Assembly (NCBI GenBank): GCA_043228905.1
Contig: JBHGNT010000006.1
Span: forward strand, 23,188,001 to 23,252,000
DNA length: 64,000 nt
Origin: Azolla caroliniana
Taxonomy: Eukaryota; Plantae; Polypodiophyta
Reading direction: 5' to 3'
Below the pieces are notes generated by a model, which had not been told where the DNA came from, did no database searches, and saw only the letters and a program-made list of their open reading frames with translations. Below, in pieces: positions 38,001 through 50,867 of the stretch. How positions within the stretch are numbered: position 1 is the stretch's first letter; each line of letters starts with the position of its first letter. The position numbers and the translations under genes are program-made.

Positions 38001-38127
38001 GGAGTGGAGGAGAGGAGAACAGCTCCACTCCATTGTTGATTGTGAGGGAGTGAAGCTTGTATCTCTTTATTTATAACTGCATAAACTATTTGTTTGATGA
38101 CACACAGTTTATGGTGGGGTTCCTACA
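35018..38127 (+). mobile_element. Old degenerate copia pol, right part, plus LTR-like 3' end
   Basis: TYTPQQNDLVERKNRSLMEVARCM (IN), NTWNLCDLPQGRKALTTKWIY and VHQLDIK (RT); LTR-like tail ends CCTACA. Confidence 0.75.
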
Positions 38128-39849
38128 ATAGTAATTTCTTGAGAGACATTGAACGAGCACGAGAGAGAAAGCGTCATGGATTGAGAGAGACAAATTTGGT
38201 TTGGAAGTTAGAGAACGAACAAGAAAGTGACAAACAATTGAGAGCATAAGAGGTAGAGAGACTTAATGAAAGCAAATGATTGACCAAATCTATTGTGAGA
38301 TCGTTATTGGCCACAATTGATACTCGTTTGTATATTCAAGTGTAGCAAAACAAGCAAGATGGTACTCAGACAAGAAAACGAAGAACAGAAGACTGAAAAA
38401 AATGAGAAGACACAGAGACACACGATTTTTCTTGGAAAATCCGAAAGGGAAAAACCATAGGGGTCCACAAACCCCAAGAAACAAATCACTATGAGGTACT
38501 GAGAGGAGTACAAGGAGACTCGGACGCAACAACCTTGAGCTTCTCTTCTTCTAACAAACGACGGCTAAGTTACAACTCACACACTCTCTCTCTCACTAGT
38601 TATAGAGGCAACTAACTTCAGTGTAACTTTACAAAAAGAACTCATCCACACATAATGATTTCCCTAGGTGTATATATACTAGTATACAATATGGGCTATT
38701 TACAACTATGGCCCACTAAGGGCATATTTAGACTATTTACACATATAGTCTCTTGAGTCGGCGACATAATCGATTTTGATTTCCGTTTCGGACTCGGCCG
38801 AATTACTCATCAACTCGGCTCTTCTCTTCCCATCCGGAGGGACCTATTTCCTAACAAACTCCCCCTTCACTCCGGCATGGGGTGCTCTATCAATTTGACT
38901 CTCTATCAACACGCATTTAGCTTCTTGGTTGACAACACTTTCGTCAGCATGTCCGATCCATTCTCAATCGTGTGGATCTTTATCAAAGCAAAGTCTTTCT
39001 CTTCTACCCGTTCTCGGAGCCAATGGTATCTCCTCTAGATGTGCTTGGTCCTCGAGTGGTAGGTGGCATTCTTGGTAAGGTGGATGGCACTCTAGTTATT
39101 GCAATGGAGTCGGAATTCCTCTTGCCGAATTCCCAACTCTCCGATGAACTCCCTCATCCAAATTATTTCCTTGTTGGCTTGCACTATGGCCATATACTCA
39201 ACTTCCGTGGTTGACAACACCACGGCTTTCTACAGCCTCGATTCCCACAAGAGAGCTCCCCCTATATACATCATTACGTATCTGGATGTGGGTCAGCTGG
39301 TATCTCCAACAACCGACATGTCCGAATGCGTGTAACCTTCTAATGTGGGGTAACTTGAGCCAAATCGAAGACACACGCTCGAGGAGCCTCTCAGGTACCG
39401 AAGTATCCAATTCACAACAGCCCAATGCTCTCTTCCAAGATTGCTCATATATCAGCTGACCACCACGACTGCGTATAACATGTTCGCGTTCACAAGTGGA
39501 AAGATCATGTAAAACTGGAAGGATAAGGAATATTCCGTTTGATTTTGGGGTTTATATACCCATTTCACAAAACACAATGATACTAGTATCAGACGTTCTC
39601 AAAAATTCGTTGGAAAAGCTTAAAAATCCACAATTTCATAAAGTTGGAAAGTCATAAAATTTAGGCCCTGATCCAATAGTTACAATGTGTATGTCCTCAA
39701 AAAAACAACAAGTAATGTTTTTTTTAACAAAAAATCTTCATACGAAGCTACAGATTTCAAAACATAACCTTTATGTCATTCGAGTATTACAAACGGAATT
39801 TTATGACAATTTGATGCCAAAATTGCATTCAAGAGTTTAGGGTTTACTC

Positions 39850-40862
39850 AAATCACTACTATAACTAATATACAAGGCTGATTGTTCGTCGTCATCTTCA
39901 AATGTACCTATTAAAGCATAGTCTTCATCTGAAACCTGTGGCATGATTCTAAATTATGTGTTGATAACTTTACAGACTGCATTTGATTTTGGTTATCATG
40001 TGTCAGCCGCCTAAGTCAGCCAAGTGGGAAAAGGCAGAAGAAAGGGAAGACGTAGGGGCAGAAGGAGTGGTAGCATAATTATGAAGTCGTAGGTATAAAA
40101 TGAAGCATTTTTTAATGCCCGTAACAGTTCACACTCCAAGCGTAACCGACCATGACCCTGTATCTATAAAGGGCATGCGAAACTTGTAAAATCTAGGGTA
40201 GTTTTTGGTAATCTCTGAAATATAGTAGTGTTGTTCCGAATCATTGTGTTCTGTGTTTTCTTCATTAGAGTATTCTCTGTGCGAGATAAATCATCTAAGC
40301 GTGTCTGTGTAAAGGTTACACATTGAGTGAAGGAGGTCGGTTGTAGCCGTCTCCCTAATTCCCTTTCCCCTAATCTTACACCACGCTATGTATTACCCGC
40401 ACAACCATCCGTGGTAGCCGACATAGCTCTCCATTTCCTACACCCCAATCATCTTGAGCCATACCTAGAAGGACTGAGGGTAGGCCGTGTTTACACTAGT
40501 CGGTAACATCATGCATCACCACATCGAAAACCTTACCAATCCAAAATTGGTGCCCTAGCTCATTATCATCAACAGGTGTAGCAATTAACATTCCCACCTT
40601 GTGTTCTTGCAAGTTTCCTTGCCACCTAGCTTCAACGACTTTTGTCATCAGTGATCCAACATAAATGTCTCATTGTTGTGGATGGAGCAAGCTGTCATTA
40701 ATCGCATTAGGTGTAGGAAGACGAGTTTGAGAATCATGAGAGTGTTGTATACATCACATAAACGGGATTTGCATGGTTCAGATATCGACAATACAATTAT
40801 CAACAATTTCTTCTTGATCATTAAAGAACACATTCGAACATGAGGTATCTTGTTCTCCAACA
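39850..40862 (-). pseudogene. Transposase C-terminal remnants in copy 2
   Basis: Similar to 15990-16100 and 16420-16740 (e.g. CCAAAATTGGTG, TTGCAAGTTTCCTTGCCACCTAGC, GTCATTAATCGCATT). Confidence 0.75.
40001..40508 (+). mobile_element. Solo LTR inserted in copy 2
   Basis: TGTCAG...GGTAACA with 5-bp TSD TCATG; shares TATAAAGGGCA and TAGCCGTCTCCCT blocks with 63509-63974. Confidence 0.85.
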
Positions 40863-41103
40863 TTACTGCACATGCTAAATTAACCTATTAATTAGTAATA
40901 AGTAAAAAATAAAACTAACTATAGTTATGCTTAACTAACCTTATTTAACTAACCTATTAATTAGTAACAAGTAAAAAAGAAAACTAAACCTGTCGAGCAA
41001 ACAGGCATCTTAGACCGACTCCAGGTAAACCTAAACCCTAAAATGTACGGACATTTTGTTTCTAAACCCTAAACTATATCGAGTAATTGCAAGGCAAGGC
41101 AAT

Positions 41104-41874
41104 AACTTGATACAATGTATCAAGTTGAAAAATCAACTAGATACATTGTATTGAGTTTAAAGCCCCATGATCCTCAACTTGATAAATATATCAAGTTGGA
41201 AAGTCAGCTCGATACAATGTATCTAGTTGACCTTTCAACTCGATACATTTTCCCCCGTTGGAAAGTCAACTAGATACATTGTATCTAATTGACCTTCTAA
41301 CTCAATACATTTTATCCCGTTTGAAGGTCAACTCGATACAATGTATAAAGTTGACCTTCCACCTCTATAAAATGTATCGACTTGGAAGTCAACTCGATAG
41401 AATGTATCGAGTTAACCTTCCAACTTGATACATTGTATCAAATAGAGGCTCTTGGTACTTCAACTCGATACATTGTATCGAGTTGGTGCACCTAGGAGCC
41501 TTAACTCGATACAATGTATCGAGTTAGGTCTCCTATGAGCCTCAACTCGATACATTGTATCGGGTTGGAGTTCAAACACGATATATTGCATCAAGTTGGA
41601 AGGTGAACTCGATACATTGTATCGAGTTGGTGCACCTAGGAGCCCTAACTTGATACGATGTATCGAGTTGACTTTCCAACTCAATACAATGTACCGAGTT
41701 GGAGTCCTAACTCAATACAATGTGGTGAGTAGGAGTCCCAACTCACTACATTGTATCGAGTTGAGGCTGATGGGACTTGAACTCAATACAATGAATTGAA
41801 TTGTAGTCCTAACTCCATACGTTGTAATGAGTTGAGGCTCCTCGGTGCACCAACTCGGTACCATGTATCAAGTT
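41104..41874. repeat. Array of ~23 palindromic 23-bp units (AACTCGATACAATGTATCGAGTT) with mostly 8- or 18-bp spacers
   Basis: Counted by eye; lies just after GACTCCAG|GTA (~41007-41017), the homologue of the exon-1 splice donor of copy 1. Confidence 0.92.
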
Positions 41875-42326
41875 TCCATTGCATATGAGCTACTTTTTAT
41901 ATATAATGTATGGAAGTGAGTTATTCATGGACAAAACCAAGGGTTTTGTAGTCGTTAGTTGTATTTAACTACCAAAAAACGTGCAAAACGCTGAAATTAG
42001 TCTCAACAAGCTAATTTAAATAGAAACTTTAGAACTCAAAATGAGACATTTTAGATAGGTTTGTGATTCACAGATGATGCTGAAGTATAGCTTTTATGGA
42101 CGAGAGACCGATTAAAAAAATTTGAATCAAATATCAAAGCTCACCCATTAAGAGCACCCAAATCCCTATCATCACCTATTCCCAAAAAGGAAAAAAACTA
42201 TTATTTGACGATGTTATTGTTGGGCAGCCTTTTGACAAGGTTAGTCAGAAGAAAATTGTGGCTACAGTAGGAGGGAAACTCTTGTAGATAGAGATATGAA
42301 TGACTATGAGTGGGCCATGACTATGA

Positions 42327-42866
42327 GTGGGATTTGTCAATCCCTATTCGAAGTCTCAACGTCTGAAGACAGACCTAGTGGAAATGTTCGCTAATGAAGA
42401 TGATTGGATATTAGATTTGTTTTCAATTCATTGTCCCAATTGCTTGATGAAACAAATTGCATTCTTGAACTGTTATGTGAATCATTCCTATTTTTTAATA
42501 GATGGTGAGTATTACATCTATGTGCGTGTTGGAACTTTTCTGCAATTCTATTGCATTGGAGAAGGATGAGGAGCAGGTGATCTTCATAAATATGAATCTT
42601 AGAGCACTATGGGAATGCCCCAATCAAGACGAGGAGGTAGGGACGAAACATGTAGCAAATACAAAATGTTTTTAGCCTGCCACCCATGAGCCCATTCGTC
42701 CACTAGTTGGTGAACCGGGGGAGCTTATAGACCTTGAAGATGAGCTATTAGAGAACCCCACGGTTGCCAGTCTATCTAGAGTGGATATGAGTGCACACAA
42801 TATCAAGGATAGTTCACCCAAGGAAGACGAAGACAATGACGTAGATACCCTCATCGCTATGTACAC
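42327..42866 (+). pseudogene. C-terminal remnant of the methyltransferase gene in copy 2
   Basis: GFVNPYSKSQRLKTDLVEMFANEDDWILDLFS and ALEKDEEQVIFINMNLRALWECPNQDEEVG..GEPGELIDL..DTLIAM match copy-1 exons 5-6. Confidence 0.88.
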
Positions 42867-44448
42867 CATTTTTATCTTGATACAATTGATGTAGTTGTCA
42901 CAAATGTGTTGCTTTTAATTAAATATTTACTATTTTTTAAGGTTCTATCTTATCAATGTGGTCCTATAGATGTTTGTTGTAATGTTTGAATTATTTGTAT
43001 TATATGGTGTTTAATGTTTGAATTATTCGGTTGATGTGATTTTTTTTGTTGCATAATCTTATTATTAATTGTAGATTATGTTTTGGTTTATATTCATTCT
43101 TTATAGCATTAGTCAATCTACATCCATTGAAACATTTATTTATTTGTAGAGTGTATAATGTTCGAATTATATGTATATGTGCTTTATCTTTGTCACACAA
43201 TCTGATTATTATTTGCACATGAGTGTATATTCATTCATTACAGCATAAATCTATATGCATTTGCTAAAAATTTATTCCATATTCATCAATGAAACATTGC
43301 GTCATATTTATCCACCAATCGGGTGCATAATCCCTAAACACGTTTCATTTACTATCATTCACATTTTGAATTAAAGCGTACTTTTATAAACAATTAAAAT
43401 GTTACAATTTTATTTTCTCTCTTATTTTGAAATATTGCAAGTAGTTGGATTTGAATATAGATTAATAGCCATGTGTCCATTTAGGGTTTCCAATTAACAA
43501 TCCATGGTTGTAGGTGTTCTCATTCCTTGGTATGTATAGCTATTTATGGGTGTTCTCCAAATATCATGAGTACTCCTTTGTATGTTTGGGTGTGTCCTCT
43601 TGCTTTGGGGTTTATGGGTGTCTCTTCCTATACACATTTCTTATTTACCGTTGACAATTGAATGTCGTCTCTAGTTTGGCTCCCAATTATTTAGCATGTT
43701 TATGGCTGAATAGGTGTCATACATGTTTGATTGTATCTATTTTATGATAAACACTACCAAAATGAATATTTCTCAATACTTATATGGATAATTTGCTTGG
43801 GTTCTCACAAACATATACCTTCGGTATTATATCCTACAAGATCCCTTAAGGATAAATTTGAATCAATTGTAATCACTAATGTATAGATATCACTTCCTCC
43901 TCTAGCATATACACCTATATGGGATAGATAAACTCGCATAAGAACTTTCGGATCCCAGCTTACAAAAAACCAAAATCTAGTTAAATAATATTGCTCCAAT
44001 CATTAACTAGTGTCAGATGAGACCCCGCCATTGTGATATTCTTAAAATTAAATGCATTGTGGAAGTGGCAATCATCGACTTTAAATATTTAGAGACTTGT
44101 TACAGATTAATAATTTAGCAAATTCTATATAGGTCGTTGATCATGTGATACTGGTGCACCCAATATTTCACAATAGTCGAAATTTGTATTATTACATCTA
44201 AAAGTAGAATGCGCGATCCTTCCACTTGTGAAAGCGAACGTGTTGTATCCAATGTCCGGCCTGGTACATACCATTGTGTACATCAGGTTTCCGACCGTTG
44301 AGGCATAAGGGACTTTTGACATCTCGGCGTTCTTGGTTTTCGATTTTGGACATTAAGCTTTGCTTAGCTTGCAATTCGTCGGTAGTGTCAAGCCGACTGA
44401 TTTCGCGCTTTCCATGCCGAATCTCTAGAGCACTTTTGCCATGTATGT

Positions 44449-45431
44449 TGTCGGGAACTCAACGCTCCTTATGCACAACGCTCGGCCACAACCGAGCTTA
44501 GAATCATACACAGAAAACAGGAAACGGAAAACACGCGACACAAAAGGAGAGAAGAGGTACACAGGATATTTACGTGGAAAACCCAAACTAAGGGAAAAAA
44601 CCACGGCAGCCCATAGGCTGCAAACTATCACTATGTTGGAATGTACAAATAGTGATTTCACGGAGACAACGACCTCGTGCTCACGATCTTCGCCACAGGC
44701 GGCGGTTACAACAGAGGCAGCAACCTCTTTCTCTCTCTCTCTCTCTATACACTGTTGTGCGCACTGATGTCACGCAGACAAGAAATAATAACAACAGCTA
44801 CTAAAAGTTTGCCCTAAGTCATATTTATACTAACATGAATTTTCGGCTATTTACAAATATAGCCTCGATGGACTCTCAGAAACATATTTACGAATATGTC
44901 TCTTCATCCGGTTCTCACCGGGTCTGCACCATCCGGCTCTCCGTAGCCGGGTACTCCTCATCCGGATCTCACCAAGTCTGCACCATCCGGCTCTCCGTAG
45001 CCGGGTACTCCTCATCCGGTTCTCACCGGGCCTGCACCATCCGGCTCTCCGTAGCCAGGTACTCCTCATCCGGTTCTCACCAGGTCTGCACCATCCGGCT
45101 CTCCGTAGCCGGGTACTCCTCATCCGGTCCTCACCGGATCTGCACCATCCGGCTCTCCGTAGCCGGGTACTCCTCATCCGGTCCTCATCGGATCTGCACC
45201 ATCCGGCTCTCCATAGCCGGGTACTCCTCATCCGGTCCTCACCGGGTTTGCACCATCCGGCTCTCCGTAGCCGGGTACTCCTCATCCGGTCCTCACCGGG
45301 TCTGCATCATCCGGCTCTCCATAGCCGGGTACTCCTCATACGGTTTCGGCCTCGGCTTATCGGCCTCGGCCGAGTTTGCTTATCAGCATTGTTCTTCTCC
45401 CTTCCCATCCAGAGGGACCTGTCTCCCAACA
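44449..45431 (-). mobile_element. Solo LTR of the copia C family with ~8 copies of a 54-bp repeat
   Basis: 5-bp TSD TATGT; reverse complement resembles 23777-24462. Confidence 0.92.
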
Positions 45432-45744
45432 TATGTCTCCTTTGACAGACATAACAATTTCTTCGTTCAATCCTAAACGATGTGCATCCTTAGGATTTCC
45501 TTTGCCGGACGCATATCCTTCATTGAGAATGACCTACTGAAGGCCTTCCTCACTATTCGGATCTTCAAATGGTCTCGTCTGACAATCAACATGTTGTCCA
45601 TGTACAACATGAGGATGAGGAGATCTCCTCCGTCGAACTTTTTCACAAACATGTAGTGGTTGGCCTGAGTTTTGTGGTACCTGTTGTCGGTCTTGAAGGA
45701 TTCAAAATTTCCATACCATTGCTGAGGTGCCTCCTTCATCCCGT

Positions 45745-47146
45745 TGTCGCGTTGTTACGCGCGTGCGTGGAGAACGAGGCGGGACCACGGGGGCCTTGGA
45801 CCGAGAAATAACCGAATGAGAAGACGGGAAGGAAGCTACCGATGTACTTCACACGCGCACAGACACACAGATTTACAGGAGTTGCAACTAACTCTGGACA
45901 ATGGAGAGAGAACAAATTGTTGCAAAACGGTGCTCGGCCACAACCGAGGAATAGGATCAACACTTTGAAAACAGGAAATACAGAATGTACGAGACAATAG
46001 AAAGAGAGAGTACACAGTATGTTTTACGTGGAAAACCCTAAATGGGAAAAACCACGGGAGTTCTCAAACTCCAACTATCACTATGAACAGGGATGTACAC
46101 TGGTGAAGCTACAAGGCAACAACCTTGAGCTCACTGTCTTCGCCACAGGCGGCGGTAATACACAGAGGCAACGACCTCTTTGTCTCTCTCTCCCTCTCTC
46201 TCGCTCTCTCGGCTGCTCTCACTTCGCTTCCTCTCAGTGGAAAACAGAAAATGAGCAACAACTTTTACAACTGTTTGCCCTAAGTCATATTTATACACAT
46301 ATGACTTTCGGGCTATTTACAAATATAGCCTCAAAGGGCCCTTGGCAAACATATTCACAAATATGTCCCCGCATCCGGATCTCTCTCCGGGTACATACGT
46401 CATCCGGCTCCGTAACCGGGGTCTTCAGCATCCGGCTCCGTAACCGGGGTCTTCATCATCCGGCTCCGTAACCGGGGTCTTCAGCATCCGGCTCCGTAAC
46501 CGGGGTCTTCATCATCCGGCTCCGCAGCCGGGTACTCTTCATCCGGCTTCATGCCGGGTACTCTTCATCATACGGTTCCGTAACAGCCTCCGGGCTTGCC
46601 GTCATTCATCTCCGGACATCCCATCCGGAGGGACCGAAATCCCAACACAAATGTATATGTATATATAAATCAAGGAGTTACAACTGGCAAGCCGGTGAGT
46701 GATAGGCTCCGACGCCTGCACACACACGCACAGAACGCGAGATGGAGACTCTACCAGAAGCACTCGGGCGTTCCATGGAGCAGAGTCACCCTCCCGAAAA
46801 CCTGCACAGAACGACTATGGAGAAGACAGAGGAGAAGAGCTCGGTTCCAGTCCGGCAGCACTTCGTCCTCCACAAAAAAAACGTGATCTATTTACAATAC
46901 CTCTCCCTCTCTTTTATAGCCCAAGGAGGGAGGCCATTACCACCCGTTACATCATGTTTATTCCCTGTCCTTTCAGATAGGGGTACGCCTCGATTTTCTC
47001 CCTAATGAATGCGTGCTACCTAGGATTTCACCTCAGCCGACTTGTACCTATCTACGTACTATACAACAGAACTTGTGCCCACGTGTAAGGGCCGGTTTAC
47101 GCACGGTATACCCGGTTTTCGCCTAGGGACAGTTTTCTCCACGACA
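45745..47146 (-). mobile_element. Solo LTR of gypsy type, itself interrupted by 45918-46647
   Basis: TGTCG...CGACA termini, 4-bp TSD CCGT, similarity to LTR 60313-60943. Confidence 0.85.
45918..46647 (-). mobile_element. Solo LTR of the copia A family
   Basis: 5-bp TSD CAAAT; reverse complement closely matches 3927-4590. Confidence 0.92.
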
Positions 47147-47228
47147 CCGTACAAGCTTTCTCTCAATTGGCATACTAGGTTCTCTTTACCTTTCTTCACA
47201 AATCCTTTCGGCTGGTGCATATAGATCT

Positions 47229-47321
47229 TGTAAAAGAATACGTGTGTGAAAACTTGTGCGAAAGACACCGAATACATGGTTCAGTAGTTCAGAACTTCAA
47301 TAGTTCGGTAAACACAGAGAA

Positions 47322-47366
<45 letters not shown>

Positions 47367-49950
47367 CTAGACAACAACTTCTATTACGAATAATGAACAC
47401 TCTGTATATACAATGTGCTCAGTGAAAACTTTTTATACAAGCCCCTGATGACTGGGTTGGCACAAGTACTGACAAGTGCTTGAATGCTTGTAAATGAGTT
47501 TGACACTAATTATGCCTATAATATTCATGTTTAGTATAATAGGAATATAGGCTTCTAACGGCATACCGAAATCTTACTCTTTTTGATTCGGCTCTCATCC
47601 CTCGGCCCTCAGCTTCTTCTACGATTCGGGTCTCCTCGACTGGTCTTCAACCGATTCGACTCTCAGCCCTCGACTTCTTCTACCGATTCAGGTCTCCTCG
47701 ATCGGTTTTCAAGCGATTCGGCTATTGGCTTCTTCAGCCGATCGACCCGAATTGAGCTTCCTCGCTCAATGCTCCCCCTCAAGCTCAGCTTGAGGTCCCG
47801 TCGTAGCAGCTTAGGGTGGTTTGGCACTCTAGCCTCCTCTCCTGATGTCCTGACGCCTCGTTCGCACTCCTCGTCTGCTTCGTCCTTGCGTTCTACGACC
47901 CCTATGGTTCAATGCTCCTTGGCTCATTTGGTACCGCACTCCTGAACCCCTATGGTTTGGCCCATGCCAGCTCCCTTGTTGTTGCGGTATTGGCTCCTCT
48001 GAATCGAACATTTAGATTGAATCGGGTGCTTCCGACTCACTTCGATTCTGGAACGAATCGGTTGTCTCCGATTCGTTCTCCGTCGATATTTGACGACATC
48101 CACCCATGTCTTGGTCCTGGCCTTCACTTGGTCGGCTTTGTCCTTCACGACTCTGCCGCCCCGCTTGCCCTTCTCGGCTCTTACTCCCCCTTGTTCAGAT
48201 GGCTTTGACTTTGTCTTAGTCTTTTGACCGCTCCCCCTGCATTTGGCTATCCCTCGATTAGCCAATCTTCTTCCATTTGTTCATGCGTCCTTGGCATCTT
48301 CACCCGACCTGGACATTTTGACTTCTTCAATCGGGCCGAAATAAAAAACTTCATCCGATTCGGCTTTGCAGACTTCATCTCTCTCATTTTCGGCTTCACT
48401 CTTCCCTCTTCCAACTCTCCCCCTCAAGCTCGGCATGTCGAGATGTTGTACAAGCATACTCGAAAAATGCCATAACTTGTCTTGTCCATGATGAAGATAT
48501 CGACCACTTGCGCATCAGTAGAAACATGCAGAAGTTTGACTTCTCCGGAGACGACTTGCTCGCGGACGAAATGATAGTGCACCTCAATGTGCTTAGTCCG
48601 GGCATGGAAGATGGGGTTCTTCGCAAGTTGGATATTGCTAAGGTTGTCAAAGTATATCACTGACAATTCGGACACCTTCACATGTCGATCCTTCAATAGC
48701 CTTTTCAGCCAAATGGCTTCGCATGTATTGACAGCCACCCCTCGATACTTGGCCTCAATGCTGGACAGTGCCATTGTCAACAACTTTGTGCTGCACCAGG
48801 CGATCGTGGCGCTTCCCAGTGAAAACACGAACCCAGATGTTGACCTACGATTGCGAGCATTTCCGGCCCAATCGACATTCAAGTAGCCAACAAGTTGTTT
48901 GGCTACTCCTGTCTGATACATCAACGCCCTATCCTTAGTACCGCACACATACCACAATATTCTTTGTGTGCACTGAAGGTGTTCAGTCTTGGGCTATGAC
49001 ATGAATTGACTAATCAAGCTGACTGGGTAGCTGAGATCCAGCCGAATGATCGTCAAGTAGATGAGGCTTCCGACAATATGTCGGAACCGTGTCGGGTTGC
49101 ACAACTTTCATGAACCTTGGCGAAACTTAACATTTCTATCAAGAGGGGTTGAGACGGTTTTACAATCCGCCATCCCAAATGGTGTTCGCGGATTAATATG
49201 CCTTCGATCAGTTTGATCGCAAGGAAATAATGAAGGTCCCCCATATCCTTCATCTCGAATGATACCACAAGGTGAGACTTAACTCGGCCAATTTCTCTGA
49301 GGTTGGCATTGGCGACGACTAAATCGTCGACATATAGCAAGATGCTAATCGGTCCGGTCCGACTCTACCGAATGAACAATGAAGAGTCTGATTTTGATGG
49401 AGCAAACCCCATCCTACGCAATCTCTGCGTGATGTTCGCATTCCAAGCATGCGAGGCTTGCTTCAATCCGTAGAATGACTTCTTCAATTGGCAAAATGCT
49501 TCAGTCCGTACCATGACTTCTGTTGTGTTCGCTTTTTTGTCAGCTACTCTGATACCATGTAAAAGAATACGTGTGCGAAAGACACCGAGTAGATAGTTCA
49601 CTAGTTCGGAACTTCGACAGATAGGTAAACACAGAGAATGTAAGAGAGAGAGAGAGAGAAAGAAAGAGAGCGCAGACAACAATTTCTATTACGAATAATG
49701 AACACTCTGTACATACAATGTGCTCAGGAGAACTTTTTATACAAGCCCTGACGAGTGGGCTGACATAAGTACTTACAAGTACTTGAATGCTCATAAATGA
49801 GCTTGACACTGATTTTGCGTAAAATATTCCTATTTACTATAATAGGAATATAGGCTTCTAACGGCCTGCAAAAATCTAACGCTTTTTGATTCGGATCTCA
49901 ACCCTCGGTTTCTTTTGCCAATTCGGGTCTCCTCGATCAGTCTTCAACCG
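47229..49950 (-). mobile_element. Internally deleted copia (B-related)
   Basis: LTR copies start TGTAAAAGAATACGTGTG at 47229 and 49558; PBS ~49547-49557 followed almost at once by RT (CQLKKSFYGLKQA) and RH; gag, PR and IN absent. Confidence 0.85.
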
Positions 49951-50379
49951 ATCCAATTTCCCCCTCTAGTCCTTTGCCACATGCACGTAGGCAAGATAAC
50001 CGAACACCCTCAGATGTCGGTACGATACGTCTTTGCAACTCCACACGCTTTCTGAACTATCACCGTCCAAGGGTATTGAAGGTCATCGATTTATCACATA
50101 TGTTATCCTCATCAACACCTCAACCCAGAACATCTTTGGCAACTTTGCATGTGCAAGAATACTTCAGACCCTCTCCATTACAGTCCGGTTCATTCTCTCG
50201 GCTAGCCCATTGAGCTTTGGCATCTTCAACACGGTATACTCGAGCCGGATTCCCTGCGCTCGGCAATATTCTTTGAACGGTCCGTGGTACACTCCGCCAT
50301 TGTCCGCTTGGACTTCCTTCAGTTTTCGGCCGAATTTTCTCTCGACCCTCGCTTGGAACTCTTTGAAGATGGATAACAT

Positions 50380-50800
50380 TTGAGTATTATGTATATATGT
50401 ATGTCAATATATATGGCCGATTCTAATATGTATGTGGTATGTAATGCATGTATGTATGTGTATGTACATATTTACATATGGTAATATATATTTGTACATA
50501 TATTTATGTTTAGTTAGTATGCATGTATAAATGGGTGTAATGTATGTATATACATATTCATGGATGTAATGTTTGAATGTAGGTATATATAGATGCATGC
50601 ATGTATATGTATGTATGTATATATGCTACTCCAAATTTGAGTATTGTTTGCATAATATATTCTTTACTATCTCATTGAAATATCTAATATTTCATGGGCT
50701 TCTATGATTTATTTTTTCCAACATAATTGATAATACCCTTATGTAAATATATTTTCAAATCTTTAATACCCTTATATATATATTATGTATCTCACTGATT
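50380..50800. repeat. AT-rich low-complexity (TATG/TA) tract
   Basis: Degenerate ATGT/ATAT repeats. Confidence 0.7.
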
Positions 50801-50867
50801 AATTAAAACCCCTTTTGGTGAACTCACGTCTTATCATACAAGTTTTGACACTGAAGCCCCCGAGGGT

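Larger units (their letters stand above)
39477..44244. mobile_element. TIR DNA transposon copy 2 (same family, internally deleted and diverged)
   Basis: TIRs AACATGTTCGCGTTCACAAGTGG.. (39477) and ..CCACTTGTGAAAGCGAACGTGTT (44209-44244); GTAT on both sides; removing it restores host copia codons I-G-Y-A-V. Confidence 0.93.
38290..50380 (-). mobile_element. Degenerate copia element D (A/C-related), split by several later insertions
   Basis: LTR ~38290-38856 with PPT; RH 38870-39476; RT pieces 44245-44448, 45432-45744 and 47147-47228 rejoin across TSDs (PDIG|YAV, SLYG|MKEAPQQW); IN piece 49952-50380. Confidence 0.8.

Noticed and set aside
41025-41075. Telomeric repeats (AAACCCTAAA twice)
   Set aside because: Only two isolated telo-box-like motifs, common in plant DNA and not found at the same place in copy 1.
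41104-41874. CRISPR array
   Set aside because: Spacers are only 7-18 bp and recur in both orientations, no cas genes are present, and the context is eukaryotic.
44835-45476. Repetitive ORFs (e.g. CTIRLSVAGYSSSG; also 23718-24059)
   Set aside because: They are translations of the 54-bp LTR tandem repeat, not genes.
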